From the human T2T-CHM13v2.0 reference genome, Homo sapiens, in NCBI RefSeq assembly GCF_009914755.1, contig NC_060936.1: a stretch of 64,000 bases of DNA; one strand, given 5' to 3'. The position numbers and the translations under genes are program-made. A model generated the notes under the pieces. It saw only the letters and a list, made by a program, of their open reading frames with translations. It did not search any database and had not been told where the DNA came from. Positions within the stretch are counted from its first letter, which is position 1, and each line of letters begins with the position of its first letter. This document shows positions 39,900 to 58,197 of this stretch, one piece after another.

Positions 39900-40977
39900 T
39901 GGTTGAGCCACAGGTGAGCAGTCTCTCAAAACAAAAGTGAATGCAGAGCCTTGCCTAACAGTGCAAAGCCAGCTGCTTATATATCTGGCTCCTGCGACAG
40001 TCTGATTTGATTGGTGAGGATGATGGGGTGCTGGGCATATGGGTGGCCGAAATTATCAAGGACCGTGGAGTAAAATGTAGCGGTTTCCACTGGGGAAGAA
40101 AAAGAAGGACTTCCGGGTTTGGATGCTCAATGGGAGGTACCCAGGGGAGGAAGCTGGGTATCTGATGCTCAGGTATCAATACTGGGGTGGCATCAATACA
40201 GGAGTGGACAGCAAGAGGGAAATATCATCCTCAACACCCTCAGCATTCCCTGTGAGCCAACCTCCCTGCCACTCTGCATTCCCCACACTTCCAGCTGGTG
40301 AACAGCAGTCTCCTGTTGGCTGTTGCTATAATTCATAACTTGGGCACACATTAAGCTCCTTGGTCTCTGATCCCTTAGGGGAAAAAGGCAACCAAATGCA
40401 ACTGATGAGGTCTGGGTAAAGTCTTCAGTGGGGAAGAGAGGCTAAAGTGACACTGCAGGTGGAGCCTACAAAGTTTGCCAATATCTGCCTTAGTCAACAA
40501 ACAACACGTCCTTGGTCAAGGCATATTATATTTTTACTGACTCTTGGGCTGTTGACAATGTTACCTGGTCTGCCACTTGGAAGAAAACAAACTAGCGGAT
40601 TACAGACACTCCTCTTTAGGACTGTGAACTGTGAAAACAAATCACAGCAGAGAATCAGACAGATGTCCATGGTAATGGCTCATTCTCTAATGGAATAGAC
40701 TGCAATGATGCTGCTAATCAAGTATACACCATCCAGACTGCTGCCACTGCTGCCAGGATCAGCAGTCTGCACACTGTAACAACACACTGCACATAGCAAC
40801 ATTATCTGCCATCATGGCCTAGGAACAGAGTAAAGATTACATGTATCTGACGCTACCATTGCATGCTGGTCTTGTGCTTCCTTTCAAAAGTCAGCCTGTT
40901 TTGTCTCAGTGAAATAGACCGTATTTTATGGTGTGTGGTCCCTCTTACTTCTGACAAGTTGACTATATCAGGCCTTT

Positions 40978-41026
<49 letters not shown>

Positions 41027-41650
41027 GGGGCTATTGTTAATGTGTTACAGTTGTTGACATTTTTTCGGGTTATGGTTTCATTGTTCCAGTCTGTTCAACC
41101 AACGCCAGTCACACTGATCAAAATGTGTTATGTTTTTGGTTTTCCAGACCACTTTCACTCTGACAATGATATGTCTTTTACTGCGCAGAGGTTGCTCAAC
41201 AATGAGCCAATAAGTCAAGGTATTCAACGGATATTTCACACCCCTTATCATCCTTAGGGTGTTGGCTCCAACAAGAAGTAAAACGGACTTTTAAAAAATC
41301 CACTAAAAGAAATTTCTGACTCTACCTCCTTCACACTCTCCTGGTCCATGCATCTTAGTAAGGTAGTTTGGTCACAAAAAAGGCACCCTGAAAGGGTTCA
41401 TAGTCTCCTAGCCACCTCCTATATAATGATCAGGATGAAAAGGGGAGGGTTTGCTAGACTTAGTCTGATATTCTGGGATTCCACTCTGACAATTCCTGGG
41501 CATGATATGCAGCTTTCTTTCTCCAAACAATGACTCCAAGTCAGCCTGGTTGGTACACTCTCTGGGTGGCAGTCTGGCAAAAGGGAACTTAGGAAATTCA
41601 AACTTAATTCTGGTTCAGCCACCTGGATTCTCTTGTTGTACTGAAACCTG
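39900..41650 (+). mobile_element. Ancient ERVL-class internal pol fossil (RNase H and integrase remnants)
   Basis: Degenerate motifs: IFTDSWAV (about 40530), *QVDYIRPL (about 40952), FGFPDHFHSDN (about 41135), FHTPYHP (about 41235), NGLLK (about 41282); many stops and frameshifts. Confidence 0.75.
40979..41024. repeat. (AC)23 microsatellite
   Basis: Read directly from the sequence. Confidence 0.97.
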
Positions 41651-41653
41651 GAT

Positions 41654-42673
<1,020 letters not shown>

Positions 42674-42881
42674 CCCTAGATAACAAAGATAACTACCACT
42701 TGGTTGAGGATACTGCTCACCAAGTACCCCTACAGTGACCCACACCAGTCAAGCAAGGAAACAAGGTAAGTCTGTGTAAACTTTATAAAAATGCTCTTGT
42801 TCCTCTTGCACATGACCTCTGTGAGTAGGGGATTAGAGAAAAGTAAAGCATTTGAAGTGACTGACAATCACTCCTGTTATA

Positions 42882-43463
42882 TAGCAGATCCCCTTTATCC
42901 ATGGGAAAAACATTCTAAGACTCCCTGTGGACACCTGAAATCATGGATAGTACTGAATCCTAAATCCTATATATACACCCTGCATTTACTATGCAGACAT
43001 ACCTGTGGTAAAGTTTAATATATAAATTAGGCACAGTAAGAGATGAACAACAACAACAATAAAATAGAACAGTTATAACAACATCTACAAGGATTGGGTG
43101 GAAAAATAAAAAATACATGTAACAATATGCCAGCATCAGTACTCTTGTGCTCTGGTGCAATTGTTAAGTAATATCAGGGTTATGTGAATGCAGTAGCCCT
43201 GCGACAATAGCTCTGATAACCAAGAAGGCTACTAAATGGACAGCATGGATATGCTGAACGAAGGCAGAATTCACATCCTGGGCAGACAGGGCAGGGTGGC
43301 ATGAGATTTCATCATGCTACTCAAAATGGTGCATAATTTAAAATTTATGAATTGTTTCTTCCTAGAATTTTCCATTTAACATATATATATATTTTTTTAC
43401 CATGGTTGACTGCAGGTACCTGAAACTGCCGAAACAAAACAGCACATAAGGAGAGACTACTGT
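42882..43463 (+). mobile_element. MER44/Tigger7-family DNA transposon
   Basis: Similarity to recalled consensus; degenerate TIRs ending GACTACTG|TA. Confidence 0.7.
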
Positions 43464-45005
43464 ATTTTGCTTTATGCAAGATTTCAGGTATATTTCAATA
43501 TGTTACCTTTTTCCTACAACATGGCTCTCTGCCCCCCACCGCCACCTTTTTCTCTCAGTCTCTTTCATCTTAGCCCTTTAGTATGCTCTTCTCTGAGCTC
43601 AGCAGTGCAGAGGCTGTACCATGTGTTTCCCAAAGTAAATGGTTTCCTCTTTCTGCTCCAGTTCCCTCCAGCTGCAATAGCAGGGAGTTGGGACAGAAAC
43701 AAATCAAATAGTTCTTAAAATTCTGGGAGGACTATTGAATGGCCACAAAGCCCATCCAGAAACCCTGCTGGTCAAACAAATTGATTAAATTTGTCAAATC
43801 ATGTATTACATTTACTACAGCAAGGGAGATCATCTTGACAGGGTTTTGGTAGCATTTCAATAGAGGAATGTTAGGCAAGAGTATACATAAGTTTCTGGGA
43901 TATAAACGCCACCAGTTTAAGTGGGTGCTTCTCCCCCCACAGTGGCGAATGGGTAAGGATTAGGCAAAGTTTGTGACTTAGTTTAAAACGGATGGACACA
44001 AAAAGCCAGGCTTGATGAGCAATCTGTCCAGATAAACATAATGTTTGTCCTAAAAATCAAAATGTTTGTCCTGATAGCTGTTTATTTAGATAAACTGATT
44101 TGCAAAAATTTCCTAGAGCAAAAAGTTAGGTTGACATAAGTGGTGTTGATTCTCAGGCCCCACAGTTGGCACAGGCAGTCTCATTTCTCAAGACAAAATG
44201 AAAAGAAGTCAGCTAAAACTTATAATCTTTAAAAGCTGTAAAACAATTGGGGAGACGGGTGGATATCCCAACCAATATTAGTTGCTCTACGTTTTATACT
44301 TAAAAGAAACAACCTATTACTATTTGGCCAAATCATCATATGGTGAATTGATCTAACAAATAAAAGAGTTTTGGCAACATGGACTGCTTCTAATGTAAGT
44401 GTTACATAAAATTTTGTCCTTGACTTTCTTTTTTTCTCTCTATAGCCCTCTTTTAAACTTAACCATGGCTTCCTATCATCTACAAAGTTATACCCCCAAT
44501 CTTAGTTTCAATCCTTGATCTCTCTTCATTTTATTTGTGTATTTATGTATTTATTTATTTAGAGATGGAGTCTCACTCTGTTGCCCAGGCTGGAGTGCAG
44601 TAGCACCATCTTGGCTCACTCCAAGCTCCGCCTCCTGGGTTCAAGCAATTCTCCTGTCTCAGCCTCCCAAGTAGCTGGGAATACACATGTGCACCACCAT
44701 GCCCAGTTAATTTTTTTTGTATTTTTGGTAGAGACAGGGTTTCACCATGTTGGCTAGGCTGGTCTCGAACTCCTGACCTCAAGTGATTCACCTGCCTCGG
44801 CCTCCCAAAGTGTTGGGATTACAGGCATGAGCCACTGCACCCAGCCTAATCCTTGATCTTTCTTTCAGATTCAAAATTATATTCTAACTGCCTGCTTGAT
44901 ATTTCTACTGGATATTCTGATTCATTTTCCCCGTAAGACACTTCTTCCTCCATAATAGTCTAATCACCATTCTACCTGTCAACGAAGCTAAAACTAAAAG
45001 AGTAA

Positions 45006-45188
<183 letters not shown>

Positions 45189-46599
45189 TAGTAGAGACAG
45201 GGTTTCTCCATGTTGGTCAGACTAGTCTCGAACTCCCCACCTCAGGTGATCCACCTGCCTCAGCCTTCCAAAGTGCTGGGGTTACAGGCGTGAGCCACGG
45301 CCCCCAACTAAAAGAGTAATTTCTAATTCTTCTCTTTCCTCGGTCCCTCTATTCAAAACTATTCATGTCCCAGATCCAAAGGATTCTCTAAAGCAGTGTT
45401 AAAGTGCTGGTCAGTGAGGAGATAAGGAGTTTATGCAAGAACATAAACCAAGCCCTGTTTCCTTCATGGAGAAAGCCTCATCAGCTGGACTAAATAATGT
45501 GCTTAGTGACACACTTAATTACTAGTCTGGCTCAAGCTTCTTACTTTGTTACAAACCAGAAATAGCTTGCTGACCAACTGCCAGTCTCAGACTGTACCTT
45601 GTCCCAGAAGGGTACAAAATTAGGTTCTAAGGGCAAATATGGACCTTTACCTAGGGACCACACTCTAGCATGACAATGAAGATCATGTAGTCATCCCTGT
45701 CTTAGCCCCAAGTTCTGAAGAATTTTTCTTAACATTGTTAGTCTGTTTCCTCTTTTTTTCACTAAGCACTGTGTTTTAAAATTCTATCCAAATGAATCTA
45801 CTCTTTGCTTTTCTTTCATTTATTTATCTATTTATTTATTTATTTTGAGACCAGGTTATGAGATTGGCTAACTTTTTATTTTTGGTAGAGACATGGTTTT
45901 GCCATGTTGCCTAGACTGGTCTCCAACTCCTGGCCTCAAGCAATCCACCCTCCTCAGGGTCCCAAAATGTTGGGATTACAGGTGTGAGCCACCATGCCTG
46001 GCCTACCCTTTGCTTTTCTAACAGCTGCATAATATTCCATGGTAACTCTCCCATTCCAGCTCCATGCCACCAGAAATAATTCTGCAAAGAACATCTTCAT
46101 GTGTCTCCTGGTTTGGGCTCTTCACCTCTTAAGATTTTGTAACAGTCTTCTAAGTGTCTCCCTATTTCCAACTTCTGCCTAATTCAAATCTCTCTCTGCT
46201 CACAGTACAGTTCTAAAACCTTTGATAGCTCCCCATGACTGAAAGAGGAAATGCTCTTACTTCATCCTGGTCCCTAAGATTCTATTCCCAATGACCTGGC
46301 TTTATGTCTCACTACTGTGCTATTCATATTGTATCTTCCATTCACATTGGAGCGCTACTTTCTGGTCTTCTCTCATATTTCTACCTTTCCTGCCTGTCAA
46401 ACCTTTACTCTTTTTATTTCACTCTCTACGATACATTTCCTCCCATTTGCAACCGTCAGATACTACCAATGTTCAAAAATAACCCCCTTGACAAAGCTTT
46501 CTCCTATTCTTTTCCTTATTAGAAATTTCAAAAGTTTGTTACTCTCCCGCTTGTGATATTATTCTACATATATTATAGTTATTTATTTTATTTTTTTGA

Positions 46600-46974
<375 letters not shown>

Positions 46975-47159
46975 TAATGTAAAATATCAGATGCCATTGT
47001 TTCAGAAAGCCTTCAGTAGATTAAGGAGATTGTTCTCCTTATCCTTAAGATGTCTATTTTTTACATGGCAATATTAACGGACTGAAAGCTCCTGGAGAGA
47101 CGCAATTGCCCTTGTAACTTCCATTTCCGTACAATTTCTGGTAGGAAATAATAATAACA

Positions 47160-47400
47160 ATAACACTTAGTGGTGTTTATTATTTGCTGGGCATCCTTAT
47201 AAGGGTTTTACATGTTTTAAATTTATCCCTCAGGACAACTCCATGTGATGGGTGCTATTATCACAAAAATTTTATAGATAAAGAACCTAGGCACAGGGAG
47301 AGGTTACGTTACCGGTCCATGGTCACGTGGCTGGTGAATGGCAGAGCCGGGGGCTGAACCCAGCAATCTCAGCCAGGGATCCGTGGTCTTAACCACTTTG
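47160..47400 (+). mobile_element. MIR element on the CpG-island shore
   Basis: MIR core-like sequence (tttatagataaagaacctaggcacagggagaggttac...ggtcac...gcagagccggg). Confidence 0.65.
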
Positions 47401-47819
47401 TTACCTTTATCCCAGGGTCTGTCAATGTTTATTCCAGTTACAGGGGTGGAATTCTGCTAGAAGCTTTTGAGAACCTCATCTAGCGTTGTGTTTTTTTCTA
47501 CCAAGGCTTTTAGCTGCTAAGAGAGAGGCCACTGCCAGTAACAGCCGGGGCGCCGAGCTGTCAAGGCTGACGGAGGAATGGACGCTCATCGCGCAGCGGA
47601 GTGTTGGAGGGGCAAGCCCGCCAAGAGACCCACTTTGCACAACTGTCCTCAGCCAGGAAACGACAGATCAGGAACCCAGGGACAGAAACACACGCGGGGC
47701 CTCTTCAGAGGTCGGCGGGGGGGGTGGGAAAGGGGCGGGGAGGAAGAGCAGCGCAGGGCCTGGCCGTTTGGAGGAGGTGCTGGGGCGGCGCGAAGGGAGG
47801 CGGGACAGGGTAGACTCAC

Positions 47820-47857
47820 AGATCCAGGAGCTGACTGACCCGCCGTGGGCGAGGCAT
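47820..47857 (-). CDS. AMN1: AMN1 coding exon 1 (MPRPRRVSQLLD + CT)
   Basis: ATG at 47857-47855 inside a CpG island; donor CT|GTGAGT at 47819; peptide matches the recalled N-terminus of human AMN1. Confidence 0.95.
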
Positions 47858-47956
47858 CGCTGCAGCGTCTGAAGCCTCTTCCGCGGTCCCAGGGCCTCCA
47901 GAACCCAGCCAGGGACCGTCCGCCAACTCCCGCCCACCGCGCGACGCGTAGGTTTT

Positions 47957-47968
47957 TGTGACGTCACA
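47957..47968. promoter_or_regulatory. Full CRE (TGACGTCA) within the 12-bp palindrome TGTGACGTCACA
   Basis: Exact CREB/ATF consensus about 100 bp upstream of the AMN1 ATG. Confidence 0.75.
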
Positions 47969-47986
47969 CGGATTTTTCCGGTGACC

Positions 47987-48046
47987 GGGGCGTGGCCACG
48001 CTTCGGACTCCACAAGGAAAGAAGAGAGCCCCCTTTGGGGCGGAGC
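47987..48046. promoter_or_regulatory. Sp/KLF GC boxes (GGGGCGTGGC 47987-47996; GGGGCGGAGC 48037-48046)
   Basis: Consensus matches in the proximal promoter. Confidence 0.65.
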
Positions 48047-48118
48047 CACTGAGGGCTGCGCGGAAGAGGCTGGGTGTGATAAACTATAAAGAGGCCCTAA
48101 ACTCGGATGCAACGTGAC

Positions 48119-48132
48119 GGGAGTTGTAGTTC
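48119..48132 (-). promoter_or_regulatory. ACTACAnnTCCC motif (ZNF143/THAP11-associated)
   Basis: Minus strand reads GAACTACAACTCCC. Confidence 0.7.
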
Positions 48133-49049
48133 TTTCACCTGGCGGGCGTCTGCTCCGGTTCAGCTGCAGGAGGTTTCTTGGGAGTTCAGCCCAGCGCGCA
48201 GCCCCGCCGCGACGCCGCGAGCCGAGAACTCTCCTGGGGCGAAGGGAGCGCTGAGAAGTCGCTACTCTTACTAAAAGGATGCGTTGGATGCTGGGCCATA
48301 CCCTTGGCGATGCACACTGGAGACCCGCTCGGATACGGACTCCATTAACATCAAACGGAGCGTGTTAGAGGATCCGAGTTTACTGAGCACTTTCTAGGAA
48401 GCGTGCACTGAGCTACGTGCTTTCTAGGCCTTAGTTCAATACTTAACCATATTCATTATAATCCGGTGAAATCGTAATTATTTAGCCTTATTTTACAGAT
48501 GAGGACACTGCGTACCAACAAGTAACCTCACTAAGAATTTCGTCATGGAGGAGAAGGGAACCTGTATTCAAATTAGGAAGGATCCTGAAGAAAGGGCACC
48601 TTTAGGTGGAATTTTATCTTTGGTTCTGCTGCAGAGTACTTGCTGCTTTTTAGTGCTCCCTCCACCCCCCTCATTCTTCCTTGTAGATTAGTCTGTTGTT
48701 TGTATGCTGAGTTCCTTTTTTAAGCTCCTTGAAAGTTGGAACCCACTGCTGTTGCCTGTTCAGGATGCTACACATTGAATCAACATGGATTTATTAAGCG
48801 CTGAACGAGGGCTAGGGATCGTGCTGGGTGCTGAGGATTGAGTGGCGAACACTTGGGTCAGACAAGTAAAAGGGCAATTAGAATAACTGTTAAATGCTTA
48901 GATGGGGTTAGTTCTATGGAAGCACCCATGGGGGTGGGATACAGATCAGAGAGAAAAGGGTGGTCTGCAAATAGTTTGGGATGGCTACACTGGAGAGTGA
49001 TCAAGAGTGAGTGTAGGGCAGGGGTTGGCCGACTTTTTCCATAAAGTGC

Positions 49050-49908
49050 TCTGAAAGTTGCAGATTCCAGGAGAAGTAACTATTGTCAGACCCAGACAAA
49101 TTGGAGCCTAGAGACCAGAAAGGAAGGAAACTCATGCTTGTATGTCTGAGATAAGAACTGTCTCAAGGCCAGACGCGGTGGCTCACACCTGTAATCCTAG
49201 TACTTTGGGAGGCCGAGGCGGGCGGATCACGAGGTCAGGAGTTTGAGACCAGCCTGGCCAACGTGGTGAAATTCCCGTCTCTACTAAAAATACAAAAAAA
49301 AAAAAAAAAAACTGGGTGTGGTGGCGGGCGCCTGTAATCCCAGCTACTGAGGAGGCTGAGGCAGGAGAATCGCTTGAACTCGGAGGAGGTTATAGTGAGC
49401 CGAGATCGTGCCACTGCACTCCAGCCTGGGCGACAGAGCAAGACTCCGTCTCAAAAAAAAAAAAAAAGAAAGAACGAACTGCCTCAAGGACTTTAAAAAA
49501 TAAACCAAAAAACCCACAATTTCTTCACATCTTTCATGCATTTAATGTTTTGCACAACTTGCTTGTTTTGCAAATATGCGCACATTTCTATGACAAGATT
49601 TATTGCTAAATATTCTTTAAAACTGCAGCAGTTCAGATAAGATACTGTCGAAAGGACGTTTGGCCCAGCAGCAGGACCTCCACCAATGAACGGACTCCAA
49701 TTCTTGATTTGAGCCTTGGGAACCAATCAACTTTGTTTCCAAGAGTTTATGTGAACTTCCCTCCTTTACCAGTAAAATCTTCCCCCTATTCTTCCCTTCT
49801 CCAGACCCGTGGCTTGCCATAGCTGTACATCTTGGATTATAATTCTTTTTGTTCACTCCCAAAGAAACTCAGTATCTTTGGAGAATTCTTTCTTTGTTGT
49901 CTTTTAGC
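49050..49908 (+). mobile_element. MER4-group ERV1 LTR (MER34-like) with an inserted Alu, nested in a MER58-type element (about 49018-50212)
   Basis: LTR-like sequence; Alu 49167-49470 flanked by gaactg(t/c)ctcaa TSD; MER58 termini on both sides. Confidence 0.55.
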
Positions 49909-50094
49909 TTCCCAGAGCCAAACAAGAAATATTTTAGGTTTTGTGGGTCATGCTGGCTTGGTCACAGCTATTCAACTTGTATCTTAAAATTAGCCATAGA
50001 CAGTATGAATGGGTGGGTCTCTGTTCCAATAAAACCTTATCCTAAACACTGAAGTTTGAATTTTATGTAATTTTCAACTGTCATGAAATACTCA

Positions 50095-50496
<402 letters not shown>

Positions 50497-51022
50497 CTAC
50501 CTCAAAAAAAACAAAGAAATTACGAATTTTAAGATGGTGATAGCAGAGCACTAAACCCAGAGTGGGGCCCGTGTGACTGCACATTTTGCCCACCCATGAA
50601 GCCAGCCCTGGGTGCGTCCAACTTCAGGATTTCCCCCCCCCAAAAATCAGTTCAGGAACCCTATGTCAAAATAAAAATCAAAGACAAATATGAGCACAGA
50701 GAGACATTTTTACTTGCAGTTCAAGAAAATCAGACTTTCAGAGAGTGGCTCGCTAAATAGAATAGAGGAATTTATAGCTCAGATGAAATGGCAGATATTT
50801 ATAGCTCAGATATGGCAGTTCATTCCAATTGGATAAGAACAAGATGTTCCTGTTTTGTGGTAAGGAAAACAGGATGTTCTTGTTTTTGTGGCTTATCTCT
50901 GGAGGCAAAGCTTTTAGGATTTCCCGTTAGTCAAGGCTTTTAGGAGGTTCCCGCTATTCATGGTTTATCTTTGAATGCAAAGTTATTGGGAATGAAAGTC
51001 TTTTCTAGTGTATGGTAAGTGA

Positions 51023-51370
<348 letters not shown>

Positions 51371-52170
51371 TAGGCTGGTGTCGAACTCCTGACCTTGTGA
51401 TCCACCTACCTCGACCTCCCAAAGTGCTGGGATTACAGGCGTGAGCCACCGTACCCGGCCTCTGGGTTTGTTTTATAAAAATAATTAACAAAATTACTTT
51501 TCTTAAATCATGCTGTTAATTCATAATGTAATATATGAGCTGTATGTGGACCCATGTTTTAAAATACAATAAATATATGTAAAACAAGTATATCTTATTT
51601 ATATGAATGTGTGCTTTCACAAGAACAGAACGGAGCTAAGCCAAGTGAGCCCCTACTTTATTATCCTACCATGTGTAGGTTATTTTCAAATAGGATTGCT
51701 CTTAACTCTCCAAGTGTCCTTTGAGAAAATAACACGTCTTTTTATTTAGTTTCTTTTCATAGCTTGTTTTATAATATCACACTCCAAATTGGAAATAACA
51801 GTGCCCATGCTCATGGATTGTTATACATTGTTGAAATTTCCCATTGGCTAGAAACACTTGCTTTGTTTCTAGGTTAGAGATCTGTGACTTTCAAATTCTC
51901 AGGAGTCTGAGTCATACAATGGATGACTCAGGATCCAAGCAGGTTAAGAGTTGGGCAAGTTCAAACAGGAGAAGCAAGGAGATGTTAATAAAGGAGCTGT
52001 TCCCAAAGGTGTGGACAGAGTTAGGGCAGAGCAAGGGTAAAGGTAGTTCAATACCATAGCGCTACAATAGCAGGAAGACCTTACCTCTTCTGGTCCTGGA
52101 GGGCAAAACCAAAACCTTGCCAGAGTGACCACAGGTGAAGCCACCTGAAAGGAACTGTGGCCTTTGAATT

Positions 52171-53138
<968 letters not shown>

Positions 53139-53494
53139 GTTTGATAAGGCAACCTAGCCAGCCTGTTGTGATCCAGCCAGGAAGGGGCTACAGGAATACC
53201 CTTCAAGCTCCATTCTTCATCCCCTTTTTGATGTCCTGCTGTCGGCTGTCATTGCTTCAGCCAACCAGAAGTTAGAGCTCAAAGCATCCCCGTTTATGCG
53301 ATCAATAAAAGTCAGCTTCTCAGAGCCTAGAGTAGAGAAGGAGAGAAATTAGAAAATAAGTAACTCATCAACAGATTACTGATTTTTTTGGTAAAGGGAT
53401 TAAATATCAAAAACATTTTGAAAATTAATAAGAATAGCTTCATCTGAGCCAAAATAATAATTATTATAGTTTCCTTTTTTTCTTTTTTTTTTGA

Positions 53495-53788
<294 letters not shown>

Positions 53789-54286
53789 TAACAGTGAGAG
53801 GGATGACAATTGTGGTCTTTCACTAAGATGCTGGGAGCCAGCGCAATGACAGCTTAAACCACCATCTTTTTTTGATTAGCTTCACTTGTTATTTTTATTT
53901 TTAGAAAGTTATGTAATTCCTAACTCACAATTACTGGTTATTGCAATGGAATCAAATGCCTGGTATTTCTGTCAGATAATCAGACTTTCAAACCCCATTA
54001 CTTACATTCATTCAAACAAATATTTAATACCTGTTATATACCAGGTGGGATGTATCAGTACATGAATATGTCCTCTAGGAGCTTACACTCTAGTGTGAGA
54101 GATAGAAAAGCACACAAACAAAACAGCATATGGAGATACGAACTATAAAGAACAAGATGGGGAGGACGGATTGAGAGAAAGAGAGAGATTTATTTTTGCT
54201 CAGGTGGTCATGGAAGGCTTCTCTGACGCTGTGACACTTCTGCTGAGATCTGAGGATTAAAAAGGAGGCAGCTATGCAGAGATTTA

Positions 54287-55106
<820 letters not shown>

Positions 55107-55140
55107 TCATGAGGTCAGGAGATGGAGACCATCCTGGCTA

Positions 55141-55395
<255 letters not shown>

Positions 55396-55731
55396 TCATG
55401 CTTGTAGTCATAGCTGAGGTGGGAGGATCCCTGGAGCCCAGGAGTTTGAGGTTGCTGTGAGTTATGATCATGCCACTGCACTGTAGCCTAGACAACAGAG
55501 TGAGTGAGGCCCTCTTTTTCTTTTTTTCTTCCTGAAGTCTTTGACAGAGCAGAGAAAGACCTTATCTCTAAAAAAACATAGCAACAAAAAAACCCAAACT
55601 AACTTTGATGCATCAGGGCTGTGAAGAAGCAACACACACACACAGACACACACACTCACTTGCACACCTGACTTTGAATCTTATTCAAAATGAAATGACA
55701 GTATTGAAGTTTTAAAGAAGGGGAATGATAC

Positions 55732-56495
<764 letters not shown>

Positions 56496-57516
56496 ATACC
56501 ATTTGGGCGGCAGTGTGAAGAATGGAGGGGGCTTTGGGGAGTGAATTGCAGCATGTTTTGAATAGGTTAGAGCCTGGTGGTGGCTTCCCCGAAGGCTATG
56601 CCTCTCCTTAATCCCCTCTAGAATCTTTAGCTTCCTCACAAGGTGGGAAGCCCTTCAGGGACCGAGAAGGAGGTGATGGTGGTGGCAAGCAGCATTGCAT
56701 CTGCAGGACCTTTGGGCCTGGATCTGTTGCCTTCAATCTTGCATTGCTGTGATGACAGTGATAACACTTGATATCTTAGTATCACAGGCTCTTGAATCTC
56801 AGAACCACGGAGGCTGTGTCACTAAGAGCTTGGTCTCTGACTACAGCTTCTGAATCCTTATTTTGGCCTAAAATGAATCACTTGACTCCTTAGTAATTCT
56901 ATTTTTTCACCTGTAATATGGGGATAGTAATATAAAGCCTATTCAAAGTGCATGAGGACAGGCAATTCTCAGAATTCAAAATTTTCAAGATTTTAGAAAG
57001 CTATTATGGTACATATGACTGGATATTATGAGACACCCCATTTTGAGTTGGGTTTTCAGCCACATGTATTCTTCCTAAAAATCTGTTACATCACCCTCTT
57101 TTACCTTTCTCTTAGCAGTTAACACTCTGTAATATCTTAATTTGTTTGTTTGTTGCTTGTCTCCATCAATTAGAATGTAAGTTCCTTGAAATCAGGGACT
57201 TTTCTTTTGTTTGCCACTGTGCCTGAAACACTTTAAACAGTACATGATACCTAGTGAATAACCAATAATTACTAATTGAAAATGAATGAATGAACAAAGC
57301 TTTGATTTGTCTCTTTCCAATCTCTACCTCCTTGCCTCTAATCCTTCAATGAGTTTCTGGGCTCAGTCTTCAAAATGTACTCAAATTTGACCACTGCTGA
57401 ACATCTGTGGGGCTGTCAACTGAGTGCACGCCCAGGCTGAAAGTGTTGTCTGACTCTCCTGTTCACCTGGTAAACTCCTCACTCCTCTTCCCATTTGTTC
57501 ATTGATTCCACATTTA

Positions 57517-58197
<681 letters not shown>

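Larger units (their letters stand above)
47540..48360. promoter_or_regulatory. AMN1: CpG-island promoter of AMN1, including 5' UTR and start of intron 1
   Basis: Sharp rise in GC and CpG content around exon 1 against an AT-rich, CpG-poor background. Confidence 0.92.

Noticed and set aside
47486-47872. 128-aa antisense ORF over exon 1
   Set aside because: Non-ATG start, low-complexity GC-rich translation typical of CpG islands, no recognisable domain.
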